Part shown: piece after piece, positions 26,001 through 39,775 of the stretch | Layout of the letters: each line of letters opens with the position of its first letter | Position numbering within the stretch: the first letter of the stretch is position 1 | Assembly (NCBI RefSeq): GCF_018977255.1 | Contig: NW_024704743.1 | Coordinates: forward strand, 94,428,001 to 94,492,000 | Direction: 5' to 3' | Source: Callorhinchus milii | Taxonomy: Eukaryota | DNA length: 64,000 nt | Program-made: the position numbers and the translations under genes | The notes under the pieces: model-generated | The model's input: only the letters and a program-made list of their open reading frames with translations | What the model was told of the DNA's origin: nothing | Databases searched by the model: none

Positions 26001-27723
26001 AATTGTTCTTTTTTGGTATATCAATAGACTCTTATATATCATCTTTTGCATAAAGGTATATATGATTTTAAGTGGGAGTGAGAAAGTAAAATCAGAATAA
26101 TAATTTTGGACACAGGTTTAATGTTACAAAGGGCAAGTTTGGGACAGACACCAGAGAGTAAAACCCAGGGCTCTTCAAGCAAAATTGACCCAGATGAGAT
26201 CAGATAGCTCAGCAGAATTTAGGATTCAAGACCTGTGATCAACTGGTCTGTATATCTCAGTTCTACATTGGGGTGGTACCTTTATCCAATACACCAGCAA
26301 GGGAAAGTCCCCTGTTTAACAACGTTAAAAATTAACCAGTAATTTTGATTAATTACTCCCGTAGTAAAGAACGTGGACATAAAAGTTTAAAGAGCTTGCG
26401 GAACACCTAATAATTTATTGAACTTAATGTTCTTAAAATTTAAATAAAAGTTCCCTTTGCGCATAAGATCACCCACAATACACACTGTGACTGAACTTAC
26501 CAATATATACTGTGAAGCAGTTTGGGACTTCCTCCTGATACGAAAGGTGCTACACCAAATGCAAGGATTATTATTATTTTATTATTAAGTGAGCATACTC
26601 GCATTCAGGGCCCGAGCCACATGGAGATGGCAGGGTAATTCTCACCTGTCTGCTCTCACATTCCCTGGATCCAATGCTGGCAATTTTTCCACTCCTTTGC
26701 TGGGTTTGTAACCTACGTCACTATTACCCATCATAAATTTCACCTGCTGAAAGCTCTGCTAAGAGTTTCCCACTGAAGCCCTGTTTATTTTTAAGCAAGA
26801 TGCACTTCAAAACAAGCCATTTTTAAAACTAAGCTGAGTAATAGTCACCACTCGGTGTTCCTATTTTATTACTCCAGGAAAACAACTGCAGATCCATTTG
26901 CTTTTTTAAAAAAAAGTGTAACATTGAGCATTCTTAATAAACTTAGAAACATAACAATTTCAGCGCAGAAGGGAACCGTTTGGCCATTCATGGCTGTGTG
27001 ACTGCTATCTTAGTTTTTTTTTAGTTGCCTTGTTAAAGTCTTAGCATGTGACTGTCCATGTTTCACTAGTGCTCTAAATTTACAAGTGTTTGATCTCCTC
27101 TGTCACATGCCTTTTTCTCCTCCTACAGGAAATTGTTTCTGCAGCTATTTCCAGTGGAGAATGCCCTCCCACCCCTTGCTCATGTACACAAGAAGTTATT
27201 TAAAAAACATATTAGCAAACAGCTCCTACATTTTCCGCTGCGAGAAATGTCTCCTTTGATTTTACAGGTACACTAAAGCACCTCTTCATGAGGACCTCTT
27301 GCAATTACATCATTGGGAAATTAGGGCAACATGTGGAAAGGACACTTAAATCTAGTCAATTCGCTTTACAGTATATTCTGTGAAGCGCTTTGACACGTCT
27401 CAAAGATGTGATAAGGCGTTATATCAAATGCAAGTATTATTATTATTTATTATCATTGAAAAAAATGCTAAAAGTGTTCCTATAATATATCTCCCCTTCT
27501 CTTCTGAGAACATGATCCCTCTTTCCTTCTAGGGCCTTGGGACGTCCTCCCGACGTGAAAGGCGCTCTATAAATGGAATCTTGTTGTTGTTGTTGTTGTA
27601 CTGCTGCCTGGCTGATATCAGCTAGCTGGGCACACATGGGTATTTCCTCAGTTTGTACAGTATACCTGGTTCTCATGGGCTGAGCCCTTGGGAAAGCAGC
27701 TACAATTAAATAATTTGTCAAAC

Positions 27724-28049
27724 CAAGTAGGTAAAGGTTTGAGATATTTCTTCAGACAGAAGTGAGAAATGATGATGAATTACATTAAAGTATTGTTTCA
27801 TGTATTTCTGAGCTATCTTGTTATTTTCAGCTGTACGATCATATGGTAATGCTTCATAAAAGCCACAGTAAATTAGCCCATGTTCACAAGTAGAATCATT
27901 TTTTTTTCTCTGTTGAGCCCTAACCAGCTGAGTTAAAACACATTTCACAACCTACTTAGCTCGAGACTGGCTAGAGATGGGCTTTCCTGCTGTTTTGTTA
28001 CCAAATTAAATAAACAACCGTCTAGATTATTGAATGTCCTTGGCTTTAT
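27724..28049 (-). pseudogene. Dynein HC pseudo-exon (tail)
   Basis: VVKCVLTQL and MKQYFNVIHHHFSLLSEEISQTFTYL resemble DNAH14 VVESSLQQL and MSQLYSVAKHHQIHISEEQIAIFQVL. Confidence 0.7.
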
Positions 28050-28986
28050 CTGTGTAGAATGCTACTAAAGCTCTGTGCAGATTGATAAAGTGATCCTTCT
28101 TTTCCAAGGAAGAAATGGAGGATAAAATGTTGGCACTGTAATTTTCTGAGAAATTAAACTAATTTACAGTGTTAGGCATGAATACCACTAAACCATTAAA
28201 CTGACTAATTCTGTAAACTAAAAATAGATGCCAGCAGAGCAAGACCACATGACACCAGTAAATCAAATGGAGTGGGGGAGAATAGCATGAACTTGTGTTC
28301 AACAAGATTCAGTCCACTGAATAATCTAGATACCCTTCATCAACTCTTCAGGAGTGTGGGCATTACTGGTACATGAACAAACTCTAAACATGGTAGAAGG
28401 CTACATTAGGAATTACATGATCACTTAACATGCAAAAACATTGTGCTACAGTCATTGCTCAGGGTGTCAGTTTGACTGATTTAGAAGCAATTTTGCCTCT
28501 GAGTCAGAAGATTGTGGACTCAAACCCCACGTCATAGTCCTGCCTGACACTCCTGGGATAAGTGCACGCCAGAGATGCCATCCTTGATATGTTAAAGCCA
28601 AGGCTCTGGCTGCCCATTCAAGTGAACGTCAAAGCTCCCATAGCACTTGCACTCCTTGGAAAGAGAAAGTTCTGTCATGAGCTCTGGGCTTCACTCAATT
28701 GTATCTTCCCCTTGATTTCAGTGAACAAGGCCTGATGGTGTGAGATCCAAATAGACTGACTGATGCTGAAACCTAAAACATCTCCTTTGTCCTTTGACAA
28801 GTTACAACTCAGGATCTTAAAAGACTTCCCAATACTTGCACCAGAATCTTGGAAGCCTTTTGCTCTGAAAGGTCATCATGAAATAGGTTTGTCGACATCA
28901 ATGGAATTGTTTCTGGATGAAAGGCCCTCTCATGTAGTCAGTGTCAGTCACTGCTTAAGGTGTTTCCAGCAAGGAAGGGCACTCAC

Positions 28987-29242
28987 CACATACTGGAGTT
29001 TCTGAGCAGAAATCATGGTGATGTTCATAAAAATACCTTACCCACATTACTCCAACATACTTGGATTATCAGCTCCTCATAAATGTATCTTAACTACAAT
29101 GATTTTCATTAACAGCATTGGTTTTCTCATTATTGATGTGCTTTGGGAAATAAACAGCAGAGCAAGTCAAAGTGTAAGGAAATTAAGCCAGGTTATTGTT
29201 AGCCGTGTGTGGTACGATCCATACATTTTGGGTCAATGCATC
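28987..29242 (-). pseudogene. Dynein HC pseudo-exon (tail)
   Basis: tcttcag|...|gtgagt; MRS**SKYVGVMWV...DFCSET resembles DNAH14 MAIEKRIGIFNVVSLDYQSEC. Confidence 0.6.
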
Positions 29243-30359
29243 CTGAAGATAGGTGTCCCATCCTTTAAGGGAGGTGGCACTCATCAAGGCAGTGGAGTTT
29301 ACAGCCATATTATACGTTCCAAATGTTTAATCTCTTGAGATCACCATTTTAAGATGATTCTTGCTACTTTAGTTAATCTCAACTTTCTGGCACAATACAA
29401 AGTGGCTCATTGTGCCAGGAAGTTGAATTACAGTATCTGATCTCATTCAGAGATATGCATTTGTTACAATGTTTATGATGTGTGTCATCAAAACCAAGAT
29501 TCACTTACAACAGTGTTGATTTGACTTGCAAAAGTGGTAAGCAAGCANTTTTTTCGCTGCAGTATCCTGGTTCACTAGTAATGAAGCTATAGAGATTTAT
29601 GGAATTGACCATCTGTAAAGGGGATAAGTCCTGGACTACATTTAAGTTGAAATTTCTTTAAAAAAATTTTCAAGGAAAACTGATCACTCAAAGCAAATTC
29701 TTTCATTCCTTTTTCCACCTTTTCTCCATGTGATTTAATACCCATATCTTCCAAGTACTGTACTGATCTATCCCCATTTAATTCGCCCACAAAGTATAGT
29801 CAATTAACTTTACAGTATATTCTGAAGCGCTTTGAGATGTCTCGAAGACATAATAAGGCACTATGTCAAATACTAGGATTATTATTATTGAAACATCTCA
29901 ATCAATTCTGCTGGGAGAAGCTTCCGTGCTTTTCTTTTTTCTTTGAAAATAACAACAGGAAGACTACAAAGGAACATTTCTGTAAATCACTCAGTAATTG
30001 AAGCATATGTTTCATAGTAAGATGTATGTCTGAAATGTTATAAACTTTTTTTAAAGAAGAATCTAAAACTGCACCAAATGGAATTTATCCTAGGATTCAT
30101 TAAAAAAGGTTATCTCATATCAAAACTGGGATCAGGCATACACCCAGGAATTATGGACCAGCTTACTTAATACAGTTGATAAGGGAAATAGCGTACTCAA
30201 GAACATTTTACACTGTATGATTAATGCCCATCTGAAGAGTCTCCAAGGTCTAAAGATAGATTCAGAACCAGCATGTCATACCTCACAAATCTTCTAGAAT
30301 TCTTGGAAAAGGTAATAATATTAGTAAATGCAGTTCAGTGGATGTTGTTGATAAGACTG

Positions 30360-30710
30360 ATGCAGTTCTGTAGCTTAGTGGTTAGAGCACTCGCTTTGCA
30401 AGTGGTTAGAGCACTTGCTTCGCAAGCGAGAGGATCTTGGGACGATTTCTGGCAGGGCAAAACATTGGGCAAGTTTCCTTACTCCACCTGCCTCTGTTTA
30501 CCTACTCCCTTCAAAAAAAACTAGAAATAATAATAATATGGTCACTCAATCCACGACTGTTTGTGGAGCACTGATGCGTGCAATTGGCTGCCGCGTTTCG
30601 CCCATAAAATATACAGTCAATTCAGTTTACAATATATTTCATGAAGCGCTTTAAGACATCTCGAAGATGTGATGAGGCACCATATCAAATGCAAGGATTA
30701 TTATTATTAT
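30360..30710 (+). mobile_element. tRNA-derived SINE inserted in an old CR1 fragment (~30130-30890)
   Basis: Head has a ~24 bp tandem duplication; flanked by CR1 RT remnants (SYLTNLLEFLE; WIENWLSSRSQ). Confidence 0.8.
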
Positions 30711-31971
30711 GTGCAGAAGCCATGTTCCACATGTGAGATTCATAAAGCATCTCATGCGACGAATGCCTAATTAACAAAATGGATTGAAAACTGGCTAAGC
30801 AGTAGGAGTCAGAAGATAACAATACAGGGGCAGTTTGACCAGAGGGAAGTGACTAATGCAGTTATATAAAAGTGTGTTCTGGGTCCCTGATGTTTATATC
30901 ATTCATATATAGTTTGGTGGGAAGCAATTCTTGCAATATTACATCAATTCCTTAAACCAAGCTGCATGGCCTTGTGACAAACGCGAGAAATTGAAAGAAT
31001 TTAATAGGATAAAGGCCAATTAAACAGGATTGGTTTTAAGGATTAAGGATGTTTACGCAGGTACATTTTGGATGAACAGTGATTGGTGGCTAAGGCTCAC
31101 CCAAGTACAAACTATCTTCGTTATGGGAAGAGATTACTAAAATGTGAAGTCACGTGTAGTCTGCCCAAAATGAAATTTAAGATAATTATGAATATGAAAA
31201 CTGGCACAAGTTAGGTCACAAGGAGGTCACAGTAACTAATGCAGTGCCATGGACATCAGCCTGTGCAATGTGCACTTAAAGCCACCTGAGATCTCAATGT
31301 TAACCTTTTGCAGTTGTTGTTAGGCTCCCATTGGCATTAATCACATTTTAAAATGTTCTATATTTGGCTTGATAGCATGAAGTGGAGAAATCCCTACCTG
31401 GACGGTTGCGGATAAACAAATTATACTTGCAGATGCACAAGTGCTTTTGAATAAAATCTCAGTTTTAGTTTCCTTTGAGAATATTCTTCAATTTAATGTT
31501 CACTTCTTTTCCCTTTCTGCTCTTCCCTATATTCAGTATAAACATGTTAAACAGAATCCTTCCTTGATGACTATACACGTAAAAACTCCTGCTGATATCT
31601 CACTCTATTCCAGTCTGCGGCCCTCCCTTTCATGATGTACAACTACTGACAAACGCTATGGACCATCCTCCCGACGTGAAAGGAGTTGTATCAAATGCAA
31701 GGATTATTATCATTGAATGTTTCACCCAACTAATGCATTACTTAACTGAAGAATGTGAAAGTTTAATTTTTTGAACAATAAGTTAATATTTGGGCCAAAT
31801 ACAGTGTACATACCATGTACAAATACTGTATACTGTATTTCTTGTTCTGAAAACAAGACTAGTATTATACCAATAAGAGAAAGCATCCCTGGAATTAGGG
31901 GAAAAATGTTCCAGAATTACCACTTTTGCCACTCCTTTTCAGACACCTCCCATGTTGCAAACTGTCCAAAA

Positions 31972-32316
31972 TAATAATAATAATCCTTGCATTTCATATG
32001 GCACCTTATCACGTCTTTGAGACAACTCAAAGTGCTTCATAGAACATACTACAAAGTGAATTGACTGTATATTTTGTGGGCGAAATGTGGCAGCCAATTG
32101 CGCACAGCAGTTGTAGATTGGATTACCAAATTTTTTTAAGGGATTATTCCCCTCGGAAAATCAATCGATGAACAACCGGGTTCTTATTTACTGCAAAGTG
32201 AACAGATGCGTGTGGTGTAAGGAAACTTGCCCAACGTTTCGCTCTGCCCGGGAATCAAACCCAGGTCCTCTCGCTTGCGAGGTAATTGCTTTAACCACTA
32301 AGCTACAGGACTCCAC
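31972..32316 (-). mobile_element. tRNA-derived SINE, long subfamily
   Basis: Reverse-complement full-length copy. Confidence 0.9.
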
Positions 32317-35300
32317 AAAATGATCAGATTTAATGTGAAAGGGAATGCAATGATCTGACTAAATGTAAAGCTTTTTTTTGAAAACAAATGAAGGATTATC
32401 TGCTCATTAGTATGTACATAAGAAACACAATTAAAGTGATAATTGTTGGATCTCCATTACTTTGCAAATGACACTACTAGAAACACCTTAGGCTCCAGAC
32501 AGGTGTGACTCAACCGCAATCTTATCAGTGTCAAGCAATAATAATAATAATAATTATTATTATTCAAGCAAGTATGGAATGCATGAAAACCATTGTTATG
32601 TTTTTAAGGGCAGTGGAAATGATGGCTCATCAAGGTGAAGAATACAGATAGAAATATGCATACAGATTTAGAAGAAAAAATATTAATAATAATTATGGAT
32701 TTTTTGCAAAACTGTATCTAAAAATGAAATTGAGGAACAAAGCAGTTTTAGCAGTGCAACACAGGAAGTCATGTAATCCAATGATGAGGAACGATGGCAA
32801 TCAGGAGACAAACCTGTCCCTGAAGAGATTATTTTTAAGACTGTGGTCAGCATCTATGGCCAAGCGCACAACTGTACATTCTCATGTTAAATCTATATAG
32901 TGGTTAGCTAATTTGCAAGGTCTATTTCAGGCAGCCAATTTGCAAATGTCTTAAGGCAACATGCTTACCAGAATAAGATCTCTTCCTACAAGGCAGTAGC
33001 AATAAAAAACCACCTTTCTACCATTCACTATTTAATACAAAAAACTATTGAAAATACACTTTATTCCATGTAAATGAGGAAACTATTCAGCAAAATACTT
33101 ATCCAGCTTGTATCACCTTAACCATGACACAATGGGCAGAATGGTCTTCTTCTGAATATTTCTACTAGGGTTTTGTCTCACAAGATGGAAGACATGTTTA
33201 CACCAGTAAGTCACAACGATGAGCTGCACAGATGGGTTCACCATCAACAATGCTTCGGATTGTTGAAGACCAACACTTCCTCAGAACAATATAGCCAAAA
33301 AAGCCTCCCTTGTCCTCCACCACCACCAGTTGTTGGTGCAAGCTGGAGAAGCAGCTGCTCACCTCTCTGCATACCAATCAAGGTGGCTACCCAGCCCTGG
33401 ATATATGAGAGTGTTCAAGAACCTGGATTCCCGGTAACATCTTTCAGCAACTGCTGTCCCAAGCCTCAGAGTTTCCCATTAGCTGTAAGACGAAAATCTG
33501 CCTTTGGCATGGTGGGAGGATCTTTAAAGGACAGCTTGTGATGTGCTGGTGACCTTGATGTTCTGAAGGCCCAAGTGTAATGCCACATAGTAGCAGTTAG
33601 TCATATTGCATTTCACCTGCACAAAAACAGTTTTACAAATAAAAACAGGGGAATATATATCTAATTGTACAATGATAAAAAAGGGGATGCAGGGCGGTTG
33701 ACCCAATCAGAAAAGTGGTGGTTAGTATTGTTTTGGATCCAACCTTGCTTTTATCAGTCTTCCATGCTAGTTTCAGTGAAAATGTTTAAAATGTATTTAT
33801 ATTTCAAAGAAGTATCACCCTACAGTACAATACAAATTTACATTTATTTAGCGCCTTTCATGTCAGGAGGACGTTCCAAAGTGCTTCACAGTACTGGGCA
33901 CTCAAGCTGACAGTGAAACAGATTGTGGAGCACTGATATAAGAGGTATAAGAGTATAAGAGGTACTGACTGGTCTTGACTTCAATGTTGTTGATTAAGGC
34001 ACAAATCTTCTAGACTTTCTTGTGACAATCAGAATGAATGACTCTCTCCTCGTTCCGGGACGCTACCCCACATGAGGGGGCTCTATAAATGCAAGTTGTT
34101 GTTTTACTCCATTTTTTGATTTCTTATTCTTTTGTTCACACTGTTCTATCCACTCTACGAATAATTTCAGTGCTTCATATTCTTCTCAAGCTATAATTAA
34201 CGTTTCCTGTTGAATTAATGTACTGTTGCAATTGAGGTCCCAATTTTAGCTAGAAATGGAGGGGTGGGACGGGGTGTTGGAGAGTGGGGAGTAGTTCTTT
34301 ACAGACACAGAATCGAAACACATCCTTGAATTTTATGCAGTGCCACCCAGTGTCAAAAGTCCTCTAATGCAGTATAAAAAATAAAATCTGACCTAAAAAC
34401 AGAAAATGCTGGAGATCCACAGCATTTTCTGTTTTTATATAAGCAACTAAAAAATACCACTAAATTTTAAACAGCAAATCCTGAATTATTAACCATCTTT
34501 CTCTGTCAAATACTGATCAAATTGCTTTGCATTTCCAGGTTTTATTTCAGATTTCCAGTTTTTATTTTGCATTTCCAGCATTCCTTAGTTTTTGAACAAT
34601 TGTGGCCTCAACAATAACAACAACAAAATTACATTTATATTTATAGAGTGCCTTTCACGTCAGGGGGACGTCCCAAAGTGCCTCAACAACAGGAGGAGGC
34701 TATTCAGCCTGTCAAGACTGTTCCCCAATTAATTTGGTCATGTCAGATCTTTTAATCCCATTTCTGCTCCTTTTTCCCATGCCCCTTAATACCAAACATC
34801 TTATCTTTTAAAATATACAATGATTGCATTTTGTATGGTATCTTATCTCATTGAAACATCTCAAAGTGCTTTACAAAGTTTTTCTGTATATTTTCTGCAG
34901 ATGGGACGTTGGTTTAATGTCTCATCTGAAACACAGCACCATCGACAAAACATCCCCTGCACAACATTGGAGTTTCAGCCCAGTTGATAATCTCAAAGGC
35001 CTGAAGTGGAGCTTGAACCCACAATCATCTGACTTGGAAGCAACAGTGCTGTCATCTGAGTCAGGCCGATACCTACCGAGCTTTCCTAAATAAATCCAAC
35101 ATCCTCAACGACCTTTCCTTGAAACTGTTTCAGACACTTCTTTAACTGGGTAAAGAAATAATGTTTTGAAACTACCCTTTGATACCCTCAGATATGTGCC
35201 TTTTATTCTACTGACCTAACATATCTGGAAGTACTGTTCTGGGCTTACTTTCTCAATGCAATTTAAATTCTTATCCTGTATACCTCCATAAAGTTCCCTC

Positions 35301-36114
35301 TTGAGACATGTTTTTTTCAAGTCTGTGGAACCCTAACTTGTCTCATCGTTGCTCACAGTATCTTTCTCTAACACTAGGGATCATTCTCATTGCCTATAAG
35401 GCTTGGTCAACTCCCTTATGTTACAGTGACCAGCGCTGTACATAATACACCAGATGCAGTCTGAGCAGAGCCTGTACATCTTGAGGGTGACCTCTGGGAC
35501 TCAAACACTTAGAGATTGGTTGCCATGTATTACAAAGAAACTCAACAAAATGAATGGCTGCAGAGGAGCCAGGGAAAGAGGGAACCATTCCTCAAGGAAT
35601 ATCCGAGCAGCTGGCTAATAGTTTTTAGATGTTTCATAAAAACTGGAACTGTACCAGAGGATTAACAGAGAGTAAACTACAACAACTTGCATTTATGTAG
35701 TGCCCTTCACATAGGGTAATGCCTCAAAGCACTTTACTGGATGTTTCTGGGATAAGCTTAAACGCTTAGGGTGTGGGGGGGAGCGGGAGGGGAGGTGGTC
35801 ATAGTCAAGTTCAAAGAGGTGGGATTTGAAGTGGGACTTAAACACAGAAAGGGGGTGAGACAGTGGTAGAGATAGGGAGTTTCAGAGGTTAAGGACATAA
35901 GAACTAATTGCTTGGCCCCTGATGGTGGTGCAGAGAGAGCAGGGGACTGTAGCTCACCTGAGTTATGCTGAGCAGAGGTAGTGAGTGGAAAAATAGGGTA
36001 TTAATCCTCTGCGAGACAGTATATACAATCAATTAGATATTAATTAGATGTAGCTTTAATTGAATTAGTTATGGAGCACCATCATTCCTCCTTTTTCTGG
36101 TCCTGAAGGTGATC

Positions 36115-36560
36115 TCTGATCACCCCAGTCCTTTCCAGGCTGCACTGGCTGCCTATCCCAGAGAGGATCGATTTCAAGATCCTCACCCTTGTATTCAAAT
36201 CCCTCCACTCTTCTGCACCTCCCTACCTCTTTGACTTCCTCTCTCCTCAAAACAGTGCCCGTTGCCTTCGTTCCTCCGGGTCTGGCCTCCTCCTCGTCTC
36301 CCGAGTCCTCTGCTCCACCCTCGGTGGCCGTGCCTTCAACCACTAGGCCCCGAGGCTCTGGAACTCCCTTCCTCACTCCCTTCGCCTCGCCCCCTCTCTT
36401 CCTATTTTCTGGTCCCTGCTGAAGACCTTTCTTTTCGACCGTGCCTTTTATCACCTTCCTCCCCCTCCCCCTGGCTCGGCCCCGGGATCCGTTACTGTGA
36501 AGCGCTCTGAGGCGCCGTCCGGCGTGGAGGGCGCTATATAAATCCAAGTTGTTGTTGTTG
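36115..36560 (+). mobile_element. L2 LINE 3' end
   Basis: LHWLPIPERIDFKIL-type coding remnant; (TTG)n tail. Confidence 0.9.
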
Positions 36561-37151
36561 AAACTATCTCCGTTCTACGAGTGGTTCCTTCCAAAATGCA
36601 CGAAAAAAATATAGTAATTAGACAGCAGTCTAGCAAAAGTGCAGAGACAACAAGAGGGAAAAGAAGTTCAAGAATATCAAAGGATATGGGGAGAGGAGCA
36701 GTTGAGTGGGAATAAACTAGGATGCACCGGTGCATATTTGATGGGTAAAATGGCCCGTTCCTGGCTATGCTATGATCTCAGCAATGAATTGATTGCTGAC
36801 AATGTAATGGCATCATAAAATTATTTTAAAATTGATGTCATTTATTATCTCTGCACCAGTAGAGGGCTGTGCGAATGTGAAACTCACTGCGGAAGCTATA
36901 GTTGAAGCTAAGAGCACCAAGAAAATGTCAGAGAAAATACGAAGAGGAAGGGAACAGAGGGGTATGGAGGAGGAATAGGAAAGTTAGGAGCTCACTTGAA
37001 GTACACTGGCATACACTAGTTGGATTGAATGCCCTGTTTCTGTAGCGTATGACTCCATATGGAAATTACCACTGTATAGTATAAGATAGATCAAGGGAAT
37101 GCAACATGCATTATCATTCTGAAATCTCATGCTGCGAAAAGTGGCTCAAAC

Positions 37152-37510
37152 ATTTTCATTGAATTTTTTTGTTTTGTAAAGATTTTTCTATAGCAACGGC
37201 TCAAAATAATGGAGCTTCCTCTCCCATCAAGAGGTTTTGCTGTTCTACAAGGCTATTTGGGAGCACATTTCCCATACTCAGGATTGTTAACATGTCTGCC
37301 ATAAAGTGTTGCGCCATGTATACTACCTTGCAACAATATTCATCAAATTTTAATACACCCTGTCAATGGCGCTAACAATCTTGAGTATTGGAAACGTGCG
37401 CCCAAATGGCCTTGCAGCTGAGTAAAACTGCTTAGTGGAAGAAGAAGCTCCATTATTTTGAGCTGCCAATATAGAAAAATCTTCACAAACCCCAAAAATT
37501 CAATGAAAAT
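37152..37510. mobile_element. Palindromic MITE-like non-autonomous DNA element
   Basis: ~140 bp imperfect inverted arms (attttcattgaa..ggagcttc / gaagctcc..tcaatgaaaat; tttgggagcacatttcccatactcaggattgtta / taacaatcttgagtattggaaacgtgcgcccaaa). Confidence 0.75.
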
Positions 37511-37760
37511 CCTGCTACCATGGAGACGGATGGTTCAAAGCAAAGGTTTGTTTCAATGTGTTGTATAGAACTAGATCTGCTCTTTGCCATTTTTTCTTTC
37601 TATCGTTAAGCAGTTTTTTTTTACATATAAGCAATAAAGTCTTTCGCATAGTGATGGTTTGTCAGTCCAGTTATCTCTACTTTGAGATTTCAAAAGACAG
37701 GGTCTTTCAAGGCCGTTTGTGAATGTGGAGGGTTCCCTCTTTAAAAAAGGATTCAAAAGA

Positions 37761-37924
37761 GGAAAGTGAATAAACATTTCGGGTTCACAACGGTTTGTCA
37801 GGTCATGGACCCAAAACGTTGACTCACTTTCCTTTCTCCATAGATGCTGCCTGACCTGCTGAGTGTTCCCAGCGACTTCTGTTTTTGTTCAGACTTCCAA
37901 CATCTGCAGTATTTTACGTTTTGT
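37761..37924 (+). mobile_element. Penelope-like terminal remnant with inverted duplicated arm
   Basis: 37761-37801 is the reverse complement of the downstream motif. Confidence 0.7.
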
Positions 37925-38326
37925 TCAAACCCATTTCAAAGGAAATCTGGGAATGGAAAATATTCTTGCCATTTAACTGCAAAAGGCAGTTCTTTTCTCA
38001 TCAGAAAATTTACACAGGCTTGATTATATCAAGTATACTATGTTTTTCAATTTCAACATTTTAATAAGTGTACTTTTACTTGTGTTTCCAATATTAATCT
38101 CACAAAATACATTGATTTCACATGGAAACACTCTAGTACAAGCAAAAAAACACACAACATCCTGAATTAAATTTGCTCATATCATCAAGCATATCATCAA
38201 AGGAAATAAAGCTAGAACAGAGGTTAAGAATTAGTCTAACAAAGTGAAGCAAACAGACATCACAAGAGAGGTTTAGAAGAAGAAGGCCCTTTGGCCCATT
38301 TGATCTCATGGAATATTAACCCTATA

Positions 38327-39226
38327 TAATAATAATAATCCTTGCATTTTGATACAGCACTTTTCACGTCGGGAGGACGTCCCAAAGCACTTCACAGAAC
38401 ACACTGTAAAGGGAATTGTCTGTGTATTTGTGGGCGAATGCGGCAGCCAATTGCGCACAGCAATGTCCCACAAACAGTCGTAGATTGAAAATGACCAATT
38501 GTATTATTGTTTTTGGGAACTCTCTCCTCGCCGGCCTTCCCGGCACCTCCCTCCACAAGCTGCAGGTCATTCAGAACTCTGCAGCTCGTGTACTGTCCCG
38601 CACCAGGCTCCGGGACCACATCACTCCCACCCTCGCTCGCCTCCACTGACTCCCCATCCCCCAGAGGATCAAATTCAAGATCCACATCCTCACCTACAAG
38701 GCCATTCACGGCCTTGCTCCCTCCTACCTTTCCAACCTACTATCCCCCTACCTGCCTGCCCGTACCCTCCGTTCCTCTGGCTCCGGTCTGCTCCACATCC
38801 CCCGCCCCAACCGCCCTACCATCGGTGGCCGGGCCTTCAGCCTCTCAGCCCCTAGGCTCTGGAACTCTATCCCCCAGTGCCTTCGTCTTGCCTCCTCCCT
38901 TTCCTCCTTCAAGGACGGTCTCAAGATCTTTCTCTTTGACCGTGCCTTCAGCTCCCCTCTCGACTCTCTACCCCTTCCTCGCTCCCTCCCTTCCCTCCCC
39001 TCACCCTGACCAATTCCCCCTTGCTCGGGTCCTGACCCAACTGTACAGCGTCTTGGGACGTCCTCCTGATGTGAAAGGCGCTCAATAAATGGAATCTTGT
39101 TGTTGTTGTTGTTGTTTTGGAGGGATTATTATTAGGCGTGTGGAGTAAGGAAACTTGCCTAAGGTTTCGCCCTGACTGGAATTGAACTCAGGTCTCTCGC
39201 TTGCTCTCCTGAGCTACAGGACTCCA
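38327..39226 (-). mobile_element. tRNA-derived SINE split by an L2 insertion
   Basis: 3' half at 38327-38515, 5' half at 39117-39226. Confidence 0.85.
38516..39116 (+). mobile_element. L2 LINE 3' end, young
   Basis: NSLLAGLP..LQVIQNSAARVL..HITPTLARLH; (TTG)n tail. Confidence 0.92.
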
Positions 39227-39585
39227 CCCTATCATCTTTCCAACACAGCATCAAGACGTTTGTTATATAAATTTCAGCCAATGGAAAAACAAACATCGAT
39301 TCCTCAGTAGCTGGTAATTTAACTGAAATCAAACTTTATTATAAACTCCAGGAAATTGACAAAGTAATTCTCTTAATGGGCTCAATTCATCAGGTGCTGA
39401 ATTGCTCCACTAACCATCATATTTCCACTGGGTCCCAGAAAAAAAATTATTGATACCAGATGATAACATGTTTGGATAGGTACTAACTGTTAGTCTACCC
39501 CAGATCATAAAATATAATAAGTAGAGCTTTGTAGTGAAGGTGAAGTTGAAAGTGACCTTGGGATGTTAAATGACTTGTTGCTCAC

Positions 39586-39775
39586 CAGCTCTAAACAGCG
39601 CAGCAATAGACAAGGCTGGGCTATATTTCCTATCAGTAGAGTTCAGAACACCAGAAGTCAAGTTTAAGCTGTACGGTGTTTTGGTTTGTAAGGGTGGTCC
39701 AAATGGGGGCCTGAGGATGATTCCCACCAACCCATCCCCCTCCATTTCATCTGGCCCACCCATACCGTCCATAAC
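39586..39775 (-). pseudogene. Dynein HC pseudo-exon (tail)
   Basis: Strong splice sites (atttccag|...|gtgagc); frameshifted W-PDEM, then DHPYK...TLLIGN resembles DNAH14 WPDCH..DPAYQ..LLTIIGN. Confidence 0.6.

Noticed and set aside
29548..29548. Single N base
   Set aside because: Assembly ambiguity, not a biological feature.
36065..39088. Long GC-rich ORFs (160 aa, 193 aa)
   Set aside because: Alternative or antisense frames of L2 3' ends.
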